Assembly: GCA_963664875.1 (NCBI GenBank)
Contig: OY761611.1
Location: 704,001-768,000, forward strand
Source: Candidatus Kapaibacterium sp.
GTDB lineage: Bacteria > Bacteroidota > Ignavibacteria > Kapaibacteriales > UBA2268
Length of the DNA stretch: 64,000 nt
Direction of reading: 5' to 3'
Every line of letters starts with the position of its first letter. The stretch's first letter is position 1. Shown here piece by piece: positions 1-9,708 of the stretch. Made by a program: the position numbers and the translations under genes. Under the pieces are notes generated by a model. That model was not told the DNA's origin. It did no database searches and saw only the letters and a list, made by a program, of their open reading frames with translations.

Positions 1-1
1 T

Positions 2-3000
2 GAAGTAAGCAATGCACTAAACAAGTATGTAACAGAAGATTTTGTTGTTACCAATCTCTCAATACAAAATCCTGCAAACGGCATGAGTCTTAATCCGAAT
101 TTTCCTCAGCCTGTTTCATGGTCTTCTAATCTAATTGAAACTGTAAGGATTGAATATTCGACAGACAGCACAAATTGGATGCTCGCAGGTACAACAGCAG
201 CCTCTAATGCTTCATTTATATGGTCAACTCCGGACAACACTATGATTGTTTGGTTGCGATTGTCTGATGCTTCTTACCCCAACATTAATGATATTAATAA
301 ATACGTAGTTAGTTCAACTCCAATTATTTCAGTCACAGAGCCGAATGGAGTAAAATCATATAAATTTGGAAGCAATATAAATATCTCTTGGGTATCTGCT
401 TCTGTTTTAAATGTCAAGATTGAAGCTTCCTACGATAACGGACAAACATGGGCAACAATAGTCAATGCTATTAGTGCCTCCGTTTTAAATTATAATTGGA
501 TGCCTACTCAATTATCAGCAAATGCACTAATCCGAGTTACAGATGTCGCCAATACTTCTCTTTTTGATATTTCTGACAATCCTTTTAAAATAGCAGATAT
601 AACGATACTTTCACCCGGAGCAGGTCAAGATGTTCAGGCAGAAAGCACTGTTTCACTAAACTGGAGTGCAGCTAACGTCGAGAATGTTAAAATAGAATAC
701 TCTTTAGACAACTGGAGCACATCTCAGGAAATCGTAAATCAAATAAGTGCTACTACCGGTACATACGCTTGGCAGGTACCAGATGTAAATACCAGTAACG
801 CCAGGGTTAGAATCTCTGATACAGATCATCCTGCGATTACAAAAGAAGTTGTTTTCAATATTAAACAAAGTCTGAATTTGTCTCTTTTAGCACCTATTGG
901 GAATGAACTTTTAAAATCCGGCAATCAGTTTCCTATTACATGGAATTCTAAAAATATTTCTGCACTTAAATTGGAATATTCTACTGACTCTGCGACTTCC
1001 TGGCATCTGATTGCTGATAATGTAAATGCAGATTCAAGCCCTTACTATTGGACTGTGCCTGATTTAAGTTCACAAAAGTGTTTAGTACGTATCTCACAAA
1101 CTACAGATCCTTCTGTGTATGCTATAAGTGCACACAACTTTGCAATAAGCAATGCAAAGTTAACCCTCCTATCTCCTAATGGTGCTGAACTTTGGTACGC
1201 AGGAGATAATAAGGAAATAGTTTGGAATTGCAAAGGGGTTATCAATGTTGGTCTTTCGTATCAAATACACCCGGACTCTAATTGGGTTGTTATAAGCAAT
1301 AGTGTAGCTGCAGAACCTACTATGAAGTTTAACTGGACAATACCGACAATACCTTCAAACTTTGTCAAAATCAAAATATTTGATACTCAAAATCCTCAAA
1401 TATTTGATGTCTCAGATGCAGTATTTACAGTTGCCGGAGTTCGACTGCTTAGTTTGAATGACGGAGAAAAACTCATATTTAGAGAAATGACCGAAATATC
1501 ATGGGAAGCTGTCGAAGTTAATGACATACAGCTTTCTTATTCAACGGATAATGGTAGTAACTGGCAGATAATAGAAAACAGCTTTAATGCTGATTTGAAA
1601 CATTATAATTGGGATGCTCCATATCCTCCATCTGATTCATGTCTATTCAGAATACGTGACAATAATAATTCTAAATTGAGCGATATGTCTGATCGTTTAT
1701 TCAGTATCAATGGATTATTGCTAAGCAGCGATCTCAAAGGTAAGGAACTGCTTGTCGGAACTGAATACGACATAGAATGGCTCAGCCAGGATGTTGAGAA
1801 TATCCAAATTGACTACAGTACTAACAACGGTAATAACTGGCTGACTGTTATTTCATATACCGAATCTGACGGTAAATTCAAATGGTTAGTACCAAATACA
1901 CCTACTGATTTTGGGAAAATGAGAATCATAAATAAAGATGATGTAGGAGTTTACGACATAAACATTGGTAACTTCAAAATAGTTGGTACCGGTATCAATT
2001 TACTTTCTCCAAACGGAGAAGAAAATTGGGAAATCGGAACTGAACAAATAATAAGTTGGTCAAGTGTTAATGTAGATTTTATAAACATCGATATATCATA
2101 TAATAACGGTGTAACTCCGGTAAGAATAGCATCTAATGTTTCTGCTGACTTAAAAGAGTTCCGTTGGATAGTTAGCGGTTCACCTTCGACCGAATGTCAG
2201 ATTAGAATAACCGACTCGGATAATAGCAATTTATCAACCGTGAGTGCCAAAAACTTTACAATCACAGGTGGGCTTTTCCCACCTCCACAGCATTGGTCAT
2301 ATACATCTCACACCGGTAAAAATGCTGTGATTGTTTTACCAAAGTCAATCAATCCTTTGATTTCTGAACGTCCTTTTAACAATGGCGATGCTTTAGCCGT
2401 ATTCTATACTGATTTGGCAGGCAATGAAAAATCGGCAGGATATGGAATTTGGGATGGAGGCAATTTATCAGTTACTGTTTGGGGCGACAATGACCAAACA
2501 GGTGCTAAAGACGGTTTCGCAACAGAAGAAACTTACTCACTCCGATTATGGGATGCACAATTAGGAAAAGAAACAAGAGCTAAAGTCTCTTATTCTTCAG
2601 GAAACTCATTCTTTTCAGACAATGGCATCAGTATAATTGGAACTCTAAATGCACATGAGAAACTCCGCATAGTTTTAGAACCGGGTATTTGGTCTATGAT
2701 TTCGTCTTATCTTTTGCCGGCTAATACGAATATAGATTCCATAATGCAAGATGTGGAGTCATTAGAACTAATGAAAGATGAATTAGGAGATATATTCTAT
2801 CCGGAGCAACAAATCAACACAATTACAAATTGGGAAGTTACAGACGGTTATCAAATCTATGTTAACAGCAAAGACACTCTCGAAATAGAAGGAACCCCTG
2901 TAAACCCTAATTCTTATCCAATTTCATTGCAAGCATCAAAGTGGTATATTATCTCTTATTTGTTTGATTCGCCATACCCAATCACCACTGCTTTGTCACG

Positions 3001-3799
3001 AATTGACTCGTCGATTGTTCTTGTTAAAAATGATGATGGGCAGATTTGGTATCCTGCGTATGGAATAAATCAGATAGGCAATATGCGTCCAACTGAAGGG
3101 TATAAAATTGTTTTAAATGAGAATAATACACTCATTTACAACACAGCTCCTTTGGTAGGCAAAATTGCAAATAACGAAATTGCAATCAATGAATACTATG
3201 AGACAGATTTCAAACAAACAGGTTCTAATTGCAACGTAATTTTAAAATTGATTGATTTCGATTATGCAGATGAATTTGCTGTCAAGACAAAATCAGGCGA
3301 CATAGTAGGCACAGGCATAAATACAACAGGAACAGTAGCTTTGACTGTATGGGGCGACAATACTTACACAGAAGTAAAAGATGGCCTTGCAGCTAATGAA
3401 GAAATAAGCCTATATGTTTGGTCTAAAAAAGAAAACAAGGAATATCCTATCTTAATCAAAGAGTATAAAGACCTGCTTTCAAATCAGTCATATTCAGAAA
3501 CATTGAGATTTGTTTCCGACGGTATCTTTGAAGTAGTTCTAACTAAGGACAATATTTCAAGTGTTTCGGAATTGTATTCACAACCTGAAATTTATCCAAA
3601 TCCAACCCAAGATTACATAAATGTTACTAACCACAATTATGAGACTTATTCTATATTAGATTTGCTTGGCAATAGGATCCAGTCAGGTACTTTAGAAGGT
3701 AAGAACATTCCAATAGTAAGTATTCCGGCAGGAACTTATCTCCTAAGATTGGAAACCAAACTTCAAAGTTCTTTACACAATTTTACGATAATCAGATAA
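2..3799 (+). CDS. Large secreted repeat protein (tandem Ig-like 'SPNGGE..W..I.W' repeats) with T9SS type A C-terminal sorting domain; 5'-truncated by window edge
   Basis: Frame is open from position 2 (EVSNALNKYVTEDF...), so the true start is upstream. About 8 repeats of SPNG.E.W....ISW...V..V.IEYS.DNG..W; two copies of a 'TVWGDN..T..KDG' module and two of a 'W.MIS.....LVK...G..WYP...IN.I' module; C-terminal IYPNP...ILDLLG...GTYLLRL. Confidence 0.85.
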   Translation, partial: EVSNALNKYVTEDFVVTNLSIQNPANGMSLNPNFPQPVSWSSNLIETVRIEYSTDSTNWMLAGTTAASNASFIWSTPDNTMIVWLRLSDASYPNINDINKYVVSSTPIISVTEPNGVKSYKFGSNINISWVSASVLNVKIEASYDNGQTWATIVNAISASVLNYNWMPTQLSANALIRVTDVANTSLFDISDNPFKIADITILSPGAGQDVQAESTVSLNWSAANVENVKIEYSLDNWSTSQEIVNQISATTGTYAWQVPDVNTSNARVRISDTDHPAITKEVVFNIKQSLNLSLLAPIGNELLKSGNQFPITWNSKNISALKLEYSTDSATSWHLIADNVNADSSPYYWTVPDLSSQKCLVRISQTTDPSVYAISAHNFAISNAKLTLLSPNGAELWYAGDNKEIVWNCKGVINVGLSYQIHPDSNWVVISNSVAAEPTMKFNWTIPTIPSNFVKIKIFDTQNPQIFDVSDAVFTVAGVRLLSLNDGEKLIFREMTEISWEAVEVNDIQLSYSTDNGSNWQIIENSFNADLKHYNWDAPYPPSDSCLFRIRDNNNSKLSDMSDRLFSINGLLLSSDLKGKELLVGTEYDIEWLSQDVENIQIDYSTNNGNNWLTVISYTESDGKFKWLVPNTPTDFGKMRIINKDDVGVYDINIGNFKIVGTGINLLSPNGEENWEIGTEQIISWSSVNVDFINIDISYNNGVTPVRIASNVSADLKEFRWIVSGSPSTECQIRITDSDNSNLSTVSAKNFTITGGLFPPPQHWSYTSHTGKNAVIVLPKSINPLISERPFNNGDALAVFYTDLAGNEKSAGYGIWDGGNLSVTVWGDNDQTGAKDGFATEETYSLRLWDAQLGKETRAKVSYSSGNSFFSDNGISIIGTLNAHEKLRIVLEPGIWSMISSYLLPANTNIDSIMQDVESLELMKDELGDIFYPEQQINTITNWEVTDGYQIYVNSKDTLEIEGTPVNPNSYPISLQASKWYIISYLFDSPYPITTALSRIDSSIVLVKNDDGQIWYPAYGINQIGNMRPTEGYKIVLNENNTLIYNTAPLVGKIANNEIAINEYYETDFKQTGSNCNVILKLIDFDYADEFAVKTKSGDIVGTGINTTGTVALTVWGDNTYTEVKDGLAANEEISLYVWSKKENKEYPILIKEYKDLLSNQSYSETLRFVSDGIFEVVLTKDNISSVSELYSQPEIYPNPTQDYINVTNHNYETYSILDLLGNRIQSGTLEGKNIPIVSIPAGTYLLRLETKLQSSLHNFTIIR

Positions 3800-3838
3800 T
3801 CAGATAACAGATTCAGTTTAGATATAATAAAACTTCAA

Positions 3839-3876
3839 AAGGCTGCCAAAGATGTGAAAACATCAGGCAGCCTTAT
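3839..3876. terminator. Intrinsic terminator-like hairpin between convergent genes
   Basis: AAGGCTGCC...GGCAGCCTT outer stem with inner GATGT-GAAA-ACATC; A-tract on left. Confidence 0.65.
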
Positions 3877-3949
3877 TGTATATGTAATAGTTTACTGTCT
3901 CTTAGAAAACGAAACTTTGGAACTTTTTAAAATCCTCTACCCTGCTTTG

Positions 3950-4756
3950 TTATAATTCTACTTTTGCTTTATCCCATAGCTCATCCATTTCTCCCAAAGT
4001 CATATCTTTGAGTTCTTTGCCCATTTCTTTTGCTTTTTGCTCGACATATTGAAATCTTTTTGTAAACTTGTTGTTCGTTTTTTGGAGTGCTTCTTCCGGT
4101 ACAATTTCTGCAAATCGTGCAGCATTGACTAAAGAAAAAATAAAATCTCCAAATTCTTCGCTGACTCGTTCTTTGTTTTTTCCATTGTGCATTTCTTCTT
4201 TAAGTTCGGAAAGTTCCTCTTCTACTTTTGCCCAAACATCATTTTTATCGTCCCAATCGAAACCAACTCTTGACGCTTTATGCTGTATCCTTTCTGCTCT
4301 AAGCAATGCAGGTAAGGCTAATGGAACACCGTCCAATGCCGACTTTTTGCCTTCCTTTTTCTTCAGTTGTTCCCAATTTTTCATAACGTCATCTGTTGAC
4401 TCGACATTTACATCAGCAAAAACGTGAGGATGGCGATGAACCATTTTATCACTTATTTTTTTAATCACATCATTCAAATTAAAAGCACCACGCTCTTCAG
4501 CCATAATGGCGTGCATAACAATATGCAAGAGCAAATCGCCCAACTCACCTGCAAATTCGGAATCATTTTTTTTGTGGATGGCGTCTATGGTTTCGTAAGC
4601 CTCTTCTATCATCAGATGAGCAATTGATTCATTTGTCTGTGCACTATCCCAAGGACAGTCTGTTCTTAATATTTTTACTATTTCAACAAAAGCTGTAAAT
4701 CTATCTATGTAGTTGGAAGGATCAACCGGTAAAGGTACTTCTCTGTTTTTAGACAT
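3950..4756 (-). CDS. mazG: Nucleoside triphosphate pyrophosphohydrolase MazG
   Basis: LRTDCPWD..QT, EEAYE, ELGDLL, RHPHVF, GFDW, EEFGD tandem MazG domains. Confidence 0.95.
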   Translation of the reverse strand: MSKNREVPLPVDPSNYIDRFTAFVEIVKILRTDCPWDSAQTNESIAHLMIEEAYETIDAIHKKNDSEFAGELGDLLLHIVMHAIMAEERGAFNLNDVIKKISDKMVHRHPHVFADVNVESTDDVMKNWEQLKKKEGKKSALDGVPLALPALLRAERIQHKASRVGFDWDDKNDVWAKVEEELSELKEEMHNGKNKERVSEEFGDFIFSLVNAARFAEIVPEEALQKTNNKFTKRFQYVEQKAKEMGKELKDMTLGEMDELWDKAKVEL

Positions 4757-5146
4757 TTTGTACTACCTATATATATAAGAAATAAAATAGTTAAACTGCA
4801 TAAGAGTTATTATGCTAATATAATCGATTTTGTAAAGATTAGACAAAAATATTATGCTCATTACCTATGTAATTGCATGAAGCAAATAAAGTAAAAAGTT
4901 TTCAACAGGATTTATTCGAGAATATCGATTCGCTTATAAATTCTAAGTTTTTGCTATTATTGAATTTAGCCATTACTATTTTTTCTGTGGTTTAAATTTA
5001 TTATATTTGGTAATGTTATGGGTAACATTTTTGATAATGTTAAAAGCAGTAATGTGAACTATTTCTGCCCGAACTTTACAAGCTGATGAGAACAGTTTTT
5101 TTTTGATTTTAATTTATATAATTGTTTCAATTTTTCGGGTTTTCCG

Positions 5147-5968
5147 ATGGCAAAAAATATTGCAAGTAGAAAGTTATGGGCACTTGTATTAGGTGTATCA
5201 AGTGGCTTTGGTAAAGAATGTGCTTTGGAGTTGGCTAAAAACGGGTACAATATCTATGGTGTCCATATGGACATGGGTTCCAACAAAAAGAAAGCAGAGG
5301 AATTCAGAAATGTACTTGAAACATTAGGCGTAGAAGCTGTATTTTTCAATGTAAATGCTGCTGATGATGACAAACGCAAAGAAGTAATCGATGCAATAAA
5401 AGAAAGACAAAACGCTGATGAAAACCATGAACTTAGAGTACTTATCCACTCTTTGGCTTTTGGTGCAATTAGAAAGTTTTTCAGCGAAGACCATAGCGAA
5501 ATGCTAAACAAGAAACAGGTTGAAATGACTATGGACGTTATGGCGAATAGTCTTTTATATTGGACTCAGGATTTATTTATTGAAAAACTTCTTGCAGAAA
5601 ACTCAAGAATTTTTGCAATGACTTCCATTGGATCTACTCGTGCAATGCAGTATTATGGAGCAGTTTCTGTTGCTAAAGCAGCATTAGAAGCTTATATCCG
5701 TCAGATTGCTGTAGAGCTTGCTCCTTATAAAATAACAGCGAACTCTATTCATGCAGGTCTTACTGATACTCCTGCTGCTGCAAAGATTCCGGGATTTGAA
5801 AAAATGCTCGCTCAGGCTAAAGACCACAATCCATTCCATAGAAACACTGTACCGTCTGACGTTGCCAAAGCTGTTTCTTTGCTTGTAGATGAAAAATTCT
5901 ACTGGATTACAGGCGATGTTATCCATGTTGATGGTGGTGAAAGTATTTTGAACTTTATAGAAAGCTAA
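5147..5968 (+). CDS. SDR family oxidoreductase, enoyl-ACP reductase (FabL/FabI-like)
   Basis: LVLGVSSGFG Rossmann motif; YGAVSVAK (Y-x6-K enoyl reductase type); ANSIHAGLTDT; ITGDVIHVDGG. Confidence 0.85.
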   Translation: MAKNIASRKLWALVLGVSSGFGKECALELAKNGYNIYGVHMDMGSNKKKAEEFRNVLETLGVEAVFFNVNAADDDKRKEVIDAIKERQNADENHELRVLIHSLAFGAIRKFFSEDHSEMLNKKQVEMTMDVMANSLLYWTQDLFIEKLLAENSRIFAMTSIGSTRAMQYYGAVSVAKAALEAYIRQIAVELAPYKITANSIHAGLTDTPAAAKIPGFEKMLAQAKDHNPFHRNTVPSDVAKAVSLLVDEKFYWITGDVIHVDGGESILNFIES

Positions 5969-5969
5969 T

Positions 5970-6647
5970 ATGGCACTCGCTGATAAATATGCCTTGATTA
6001 CAGGCATAACAGGTGATTTTGGTAAAATGACCGCATTCCGCTTAGCGGAATGCGGTTATGGTTTATTTGGAGTTCACTTTGATTTGGAAAATATAAATGA
6101 CAAAATCAAAGATTTGAAAACTGAGCTTCAGAAGAACCAAACTGATTTCAAACTTTTTAATTTGAACGCTACGGAACCCGACAACCGACAGCTTGTTATT
6201 GCAAATATGCAAAGATATCTTGGTTCAGATATCAAACCTGACATTTTTGTTTACACGCTTAAATATCCAGCTATCGGTCCAATCATAGACGATATTCAGT
6301 CAAGACAGGTTTCTCAAAGAAAAATTGAAGCTACTTTTGACACTATGGCGCATGGTTTTGTCTATTGGGTTCAAGATTTATTTAATGCAGGGATGTTATT
6401 ACCGGGCTCTAAAATAATTGCGGTAATCGAGGATATTGAAAATAGAGAGCACAATGGTATTCTAATCGCTTCCTACGCAGCTCTTATAGAATACGTAAAA
6501 CAACTTTCTATCGAATTATATGATCATCGTATTTCTGTAAATGCTATTTTCGGAAATGTTGACAATCCAAAAATTCCCGGTACTTTTTCCTTGCTTTCAT
6601 TGGACAATAATCACTATCTTACAGGTCAAATATTTGACATGATTTAG
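5970..6647 (+). CDS. Degenerate SDR-fold paralog of the upstream gene
   Basis: ITGITGDFG, MAHGFVYWVQDLF, KIPG and LTGQI align with the upstream SDR; catalytic Tyr/Lys absent. Confidence 0.75.
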   Translation: MALADKYALITGITGDFGKMTAFRLAECGYGLFGVHFDLENINDKIKDLKTELQKNQTDFKLFNLNATEPDNRQLVIANMQRYLGSDIKPDIFVYTLKYPAIGPIIDDIQSRQVSQRKIEATFDTMAHGFVYWVQDLFNAGMLLPGSKIIAVIEDIENREHNGILIASYAALIEYVKQLSIELYDHRISVNAIFGNVDNPKIPGTFSLLSLDNNHYLTGQIFDMI

Positions 6648-6682
6648 TTCAGAAATTATTCTACATAAGAAAAGGGAGAACA

Positions 6683-7822
6683 ATGGATTTTAAACTTACC
6701 GAAGAGCAGCAAATGCTCAGAGATATGGTGCGTGATTTCGCAACTAATGAACTTAAACCGGTAGCTGCTCAAATAGATGAGCAGGAAGCTATTCCTCAGG
6801 AAATTATTTCACAGATAGGCGAACTTGGCATCCTTGGTGCTGCTTTCCCTGTCGAATACGGTGGCAGCGGCTTTGGTGAAGTCGGTTATTGCCTTATCCA
6901 GGAAGAAATCGGAAGAGCTTGCCTTTCTACAGCTACTTTTATCGGTGCTCACGTATCTATCGGTACTAACTCTATATTTAATGGTGGTAGCGAAGAACAA
7001 AGACAAAAATATATCCCTCAATTAGCTTCAGGCGAGAAAATTGCTGCTTTTGCTCTTACTGAGCAGGGTGCAGGTTCTGACGCTTTTAATTTGAGAACTA
7101 AAGCTGAAAAAGACGGCGACAATTGGATTATCAATGGTGAAAAACTTTGGATTACTAATGGCCCGTTTGCTGACGTATTTGCTGTTTACGCAAGAACTAA
7201 CCGCGGTATCACTGCATTTGTTGTAGAAAAAGGAGCAGAAGGCTTTTCTGCAGGTGCTCCTGAAAAGAAAATGGGTATCAAAGGCTCTAAAACTTCTTCT
7301 TTGACTTTTGACAACGTTGTAGTACCTGATGCAAATAGATTAGGTCAAGACGGTCGTGGTTTCCTTATTGCAATGAAAACATTGGATGCAGGGCGCTTAG
7401 GTCTTGGTGCTGCTTGCCTTGGTGGTATGAAAGAAATGCTTGAACTTTCTGTTCAATATTCCAAAGAAAGAAAACAGTTCAGCGAACCAATTGCTAACTT
7501 CCAGGCAGTTCAGGAAATGCTTGCTGAAATGGCAACTCAGATTTACATCTGCGAATCTCTTGTTTACCGTACAGCTCATAAATATGATGAAGGTACTATG
7601 CTTTCAAGAGAATCAGCAATGGTTAAATTAGTTTGCTCCGAAGGCTTGCACAAATGCGTTGATTTAGCAATGCAGGTTCACGGCGGTATGGGCTTCTCGC
7701 GTGAAATGCCAATCGAAAGATTCTACAGAGATTCCAGAATCAACAAAATCTTCGAAGGTACAAACGAAATCCAGAAATTTATCATCGCAAGAGATGTTTT
7801 GAAAAGAAATGGCAAAATGTAA
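6683..7822 (+). CDS. Acyl-CoA dehydrogenase (short/branched-chain type)
   Basis: MDFKLTEEQ, FALTEQGAGSD, NGEKLWITNG, RKQF, QVHGGMG, IFEGTNEIQ; GGGAG RBS. Confidence 0.95.
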   Translation: MDFKLTEEQQMLRDMVRDFATNELKPVAAQIDEQEAIPQEIISQIGELGILGAAFPVEYGGSGFGEVGYCLIQEEIGRACLSTATFIGAHVSIGTNSIFNGGSEEQRQKYIPQLASGEKIAAFALTEQGAGSDAFNLRTKAEKDGDNWIINGEKLWITNGPFADVFAVYARTNRGITAFVVEKGAEGFSAGAPEKKMGIKGSKTSSLTFDNVVVPDANRLGQDGRGFLIAMKTLDAGRLGLGAACLGGMKEMLELSVQYSKERKQFSEPIANFQAVQEMLAEMATQIYICESLVYRTAHKYDEGTMLSRESAMVKLVCSEGLHKCVDLAMQVHGGMGFSREMPIERFYRDSRINKIFEGTNEIQKFIIARDVLKRNGKM

Positions 7823-7847
7823 TAATTGCCTATAATTCTGTTCTAAG

Positions 7848-7881
7848 AAGCTACCTGAAGCGATTTAGGTAGCTTTTTTTT
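7848..7881 (+). terminator. Rho-independent terminator
   Basis: AAGCTACCT...AGGTAGCTT followed by T-tract. Confidence 0.85.
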
Positions 7882-7990
7882 ATTTACCAAACTTATTAGA
7901 AAAGAATCCTGTTTTTTATTAGTAAACACTCAATACATAAGTGTAATTTTATATCCTCAGAGAAAGTCTTTAGCTTTTGGTAGCTGGAAA

Positions 7991-9364
7991 TCAGTTCTTT
8001 TGTTTCAAAATCCAGTTTTTGATATATTCCAACACATCAGGTGAAATGGTTTGCTCGATTTGTGCATATTCATTTGGCATTCCGGTATTACATTCCTGAA
8101 ATAGATGATTGAGATTATCAAATTGTTTAATTTGCACATCAAGCTTATTATCTTCTCTCAGCTTTTCAAGTAATTCAATATTTTCCTGAGCAGGAACTTG
8201 CAGGTCTTTTGACCCAAACAGAGCAAGAATAGGTGTCTTAACATTCTTGATATATTTGCTAGGTTCTAAAGCTATAAAGGATTTCCACCAAACATTTGTT
8301 ATCTGCTGCACTATAGATTTGTTATCCTCGCTCGGAAGCATACCTGAATACGCTTTATCAAAATGTTTCGATAGAGAGTCTTGCAATGAGGTTAAATCCA
8401 AATTTGAATCTGTGAGAATGTCGTAAGCTTCTCTGAATATTTTGCTGTTTTTTTCAAGTACTTCTTTCGGCACACCCATCTGTTCTTCAATTTTATATTT
8501 TTGGAGAATCATAAGATCTTTTCCGCTCAATACAGGTCCAGCAAGCATAACGATATAGTTAATTTGATTATCCTTAGATGCAATTATTGGAGCTATTACC
8601 CCACCTTCGCTGTGACCTATAATTCCAATATTCTCTTTATCAATTTCAGGTTGCAATTTTAAGAACTCCAAAGCATATTTGGCATCATTAACAAAATCAT
8701 AAGTTGTTGCAATCGAATAATCGCCTTCCGATTCGGCAGTTCCTCGATCATCATATCGTAGGACAGCAATTCCGTTTCGGGTAAGAAAGTCAGAAATTAC
8801 AAGGAAGGGTTTGTGAGACATTATTTCTTCATCTCTATTCTGAGCTCCGCTCCCGCTTACTAATACAACAGCAGGAAACTTACTACCTTTTTCAGGCAAG
8901 GTCAAAGTACCTTTGAGAAGGATATTATCTGTTTCATTTTTAAAACTAACATCTTTACTAATATACGGGTAGGGCTTTTTAGGGTTCTGTGGTCTATTGG
9001 GACCGGTTGATTTTTCCATACTTTTAGTCAAATTTAGTTCAAATTGCTGACCGCCCTGCATGAAGTTACCTTTTATATTAAAATCGTCTTCAATTATCCC
9101 TTTATAAACGATACCTCCAAGGCTCACTTCAAACAAAACCTCAGATTCTACCACTTCTACTTTACTTGCTTTTATTCCATAAGCTCCCTGACTCGGGCTA
9201 TCCATTGTCCCTGAGTATAAATCACCGTTTTTTTCTATGTTGAAATTAAGTTTTAAGTTCATGCCCTGAACTGATAAGTTGCCGGTCCAAGTCCCGCTAA
9301 TGTCAGCAGCATTCAAGCTAATAGCGACTAAGAATGATAATAAAAGGTATATTACTGTTTTCAT
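7991..9364 (-). CDS. Secreted alpha/beta-fold serine hydrolase (S9/S15-like)
   Basis: Start revised to ATG 9364 (AGGGAG RBS, signal peptide MKTVIYLLLSFLVAISLNA); GSGAQNRDE, YDDRG, GHSEGG nucleophile, GSKDLQV, LNHLFQ. Confidence 0.9.
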   Translation of the reverse strand: MKTVIYLLLSFLVAISLNAADISGTWTGNLSVQGMNLKLNFNIEKNGDLYSGTMDSPSQGAYGIKASKVEVVESEVLFEVSLGGIVYKGIIEDDFNIKGNFMQGGQQFELNLTKSMEKSTGPNRPQNPKKPYPYISKDVSFKNETDNILLKGTLTLPEKGSKFPAVVLVSGSGAQNRDEEIMSHKPFLVISDFLTRNGIAVLRYDDRGTAESEGDYSIATTYDFVNDAKYALEFLKLQPEIDKENIGIIGHSEGGVIAPIIASKDNQINYIVMLAGPVLSGKDLMILQKYKIEEQMGVPKEVLEKNSKIFREAYDILTDSNLDLTSLQDSLSKHFDKAYSGMLPSEDNKSIVQQITNVWWKSFIALEPSKYIKNVKTPILALFGSKDLQVPAQENIELLEKLREDNKLDVQIKQFDNLNHLFQECNTGMPNEYAQIEQTISPDVLEYIKNWILKQKN

Positions 9365-9486
9365 TTTAATCTCCCTTTGTGTGATAAGAATACAGATAAA
9401 CAATATTAGATATTTGGATAATACGAAATGATCGTAAAAAAGAAACAAAAGAAATAAAATTTTAGCTGTAGTAAGGTCGGATTTTT

Positions 9487-9555
9487 GAAAGTCTGAACCC
9501 CAAAAGGGATTGTTCCCAAAGTGTGTGTGTTTATGTGTTTTGAGTTCAGACTTTC
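9487..9555 (-). ncRNA. Candidate structured small RNA or 5' leader (unassigned family)
   Basis: GAAAGTCTGAAC...GTTCAGACTTTC 12-bp closing stem enclosing a CA-rich strand and a GGGA-ACAA-TCCC hairpin; TATATTTG promoter-like element just upstream on minus strand. Confidence 0.4.
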
Positions 9556-9708
9556 TATTGAACTCAAATATATAAAATATTTATTTAATATAAGAATACG
9601 AGAAATAATTCTCTATTGAACGAATAAAATGAATAAATTTATTATTCAATATTATCATTATTATTCTTATATTTATAAATTATTTATATCATATTTTGAG
9701 GTTTATAC

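Noticed and set aside
3787-3816. Short GATAATCA tandem repeat across the stop codon of the first gene
   Set aside because: Only 2 exact plus 2 degenerate units; likely local slippage with no evident effect on the protein
3950-4756. mazG as part of an anti-phage or toxin-antitoxin module
   Set aside because: Full-length tandem-domain housekeeping MazG with no neighbouring toxin or defence genes
5045-5105. CTGCCCGAAC...AAGCTGATGAGAAC followed by a T-tract upstream of the SDR operon, reminiscent of a fluoride riboswitch or hammerhead core
   Set aside because: The 5' GGC(A/G)ATG strand and pseudoknot partner of the fluoride aptamer are missing, there is no hammerhead stem II/GAAA arrangement, and the downstream genes do not fit; only a weak hairpin remains
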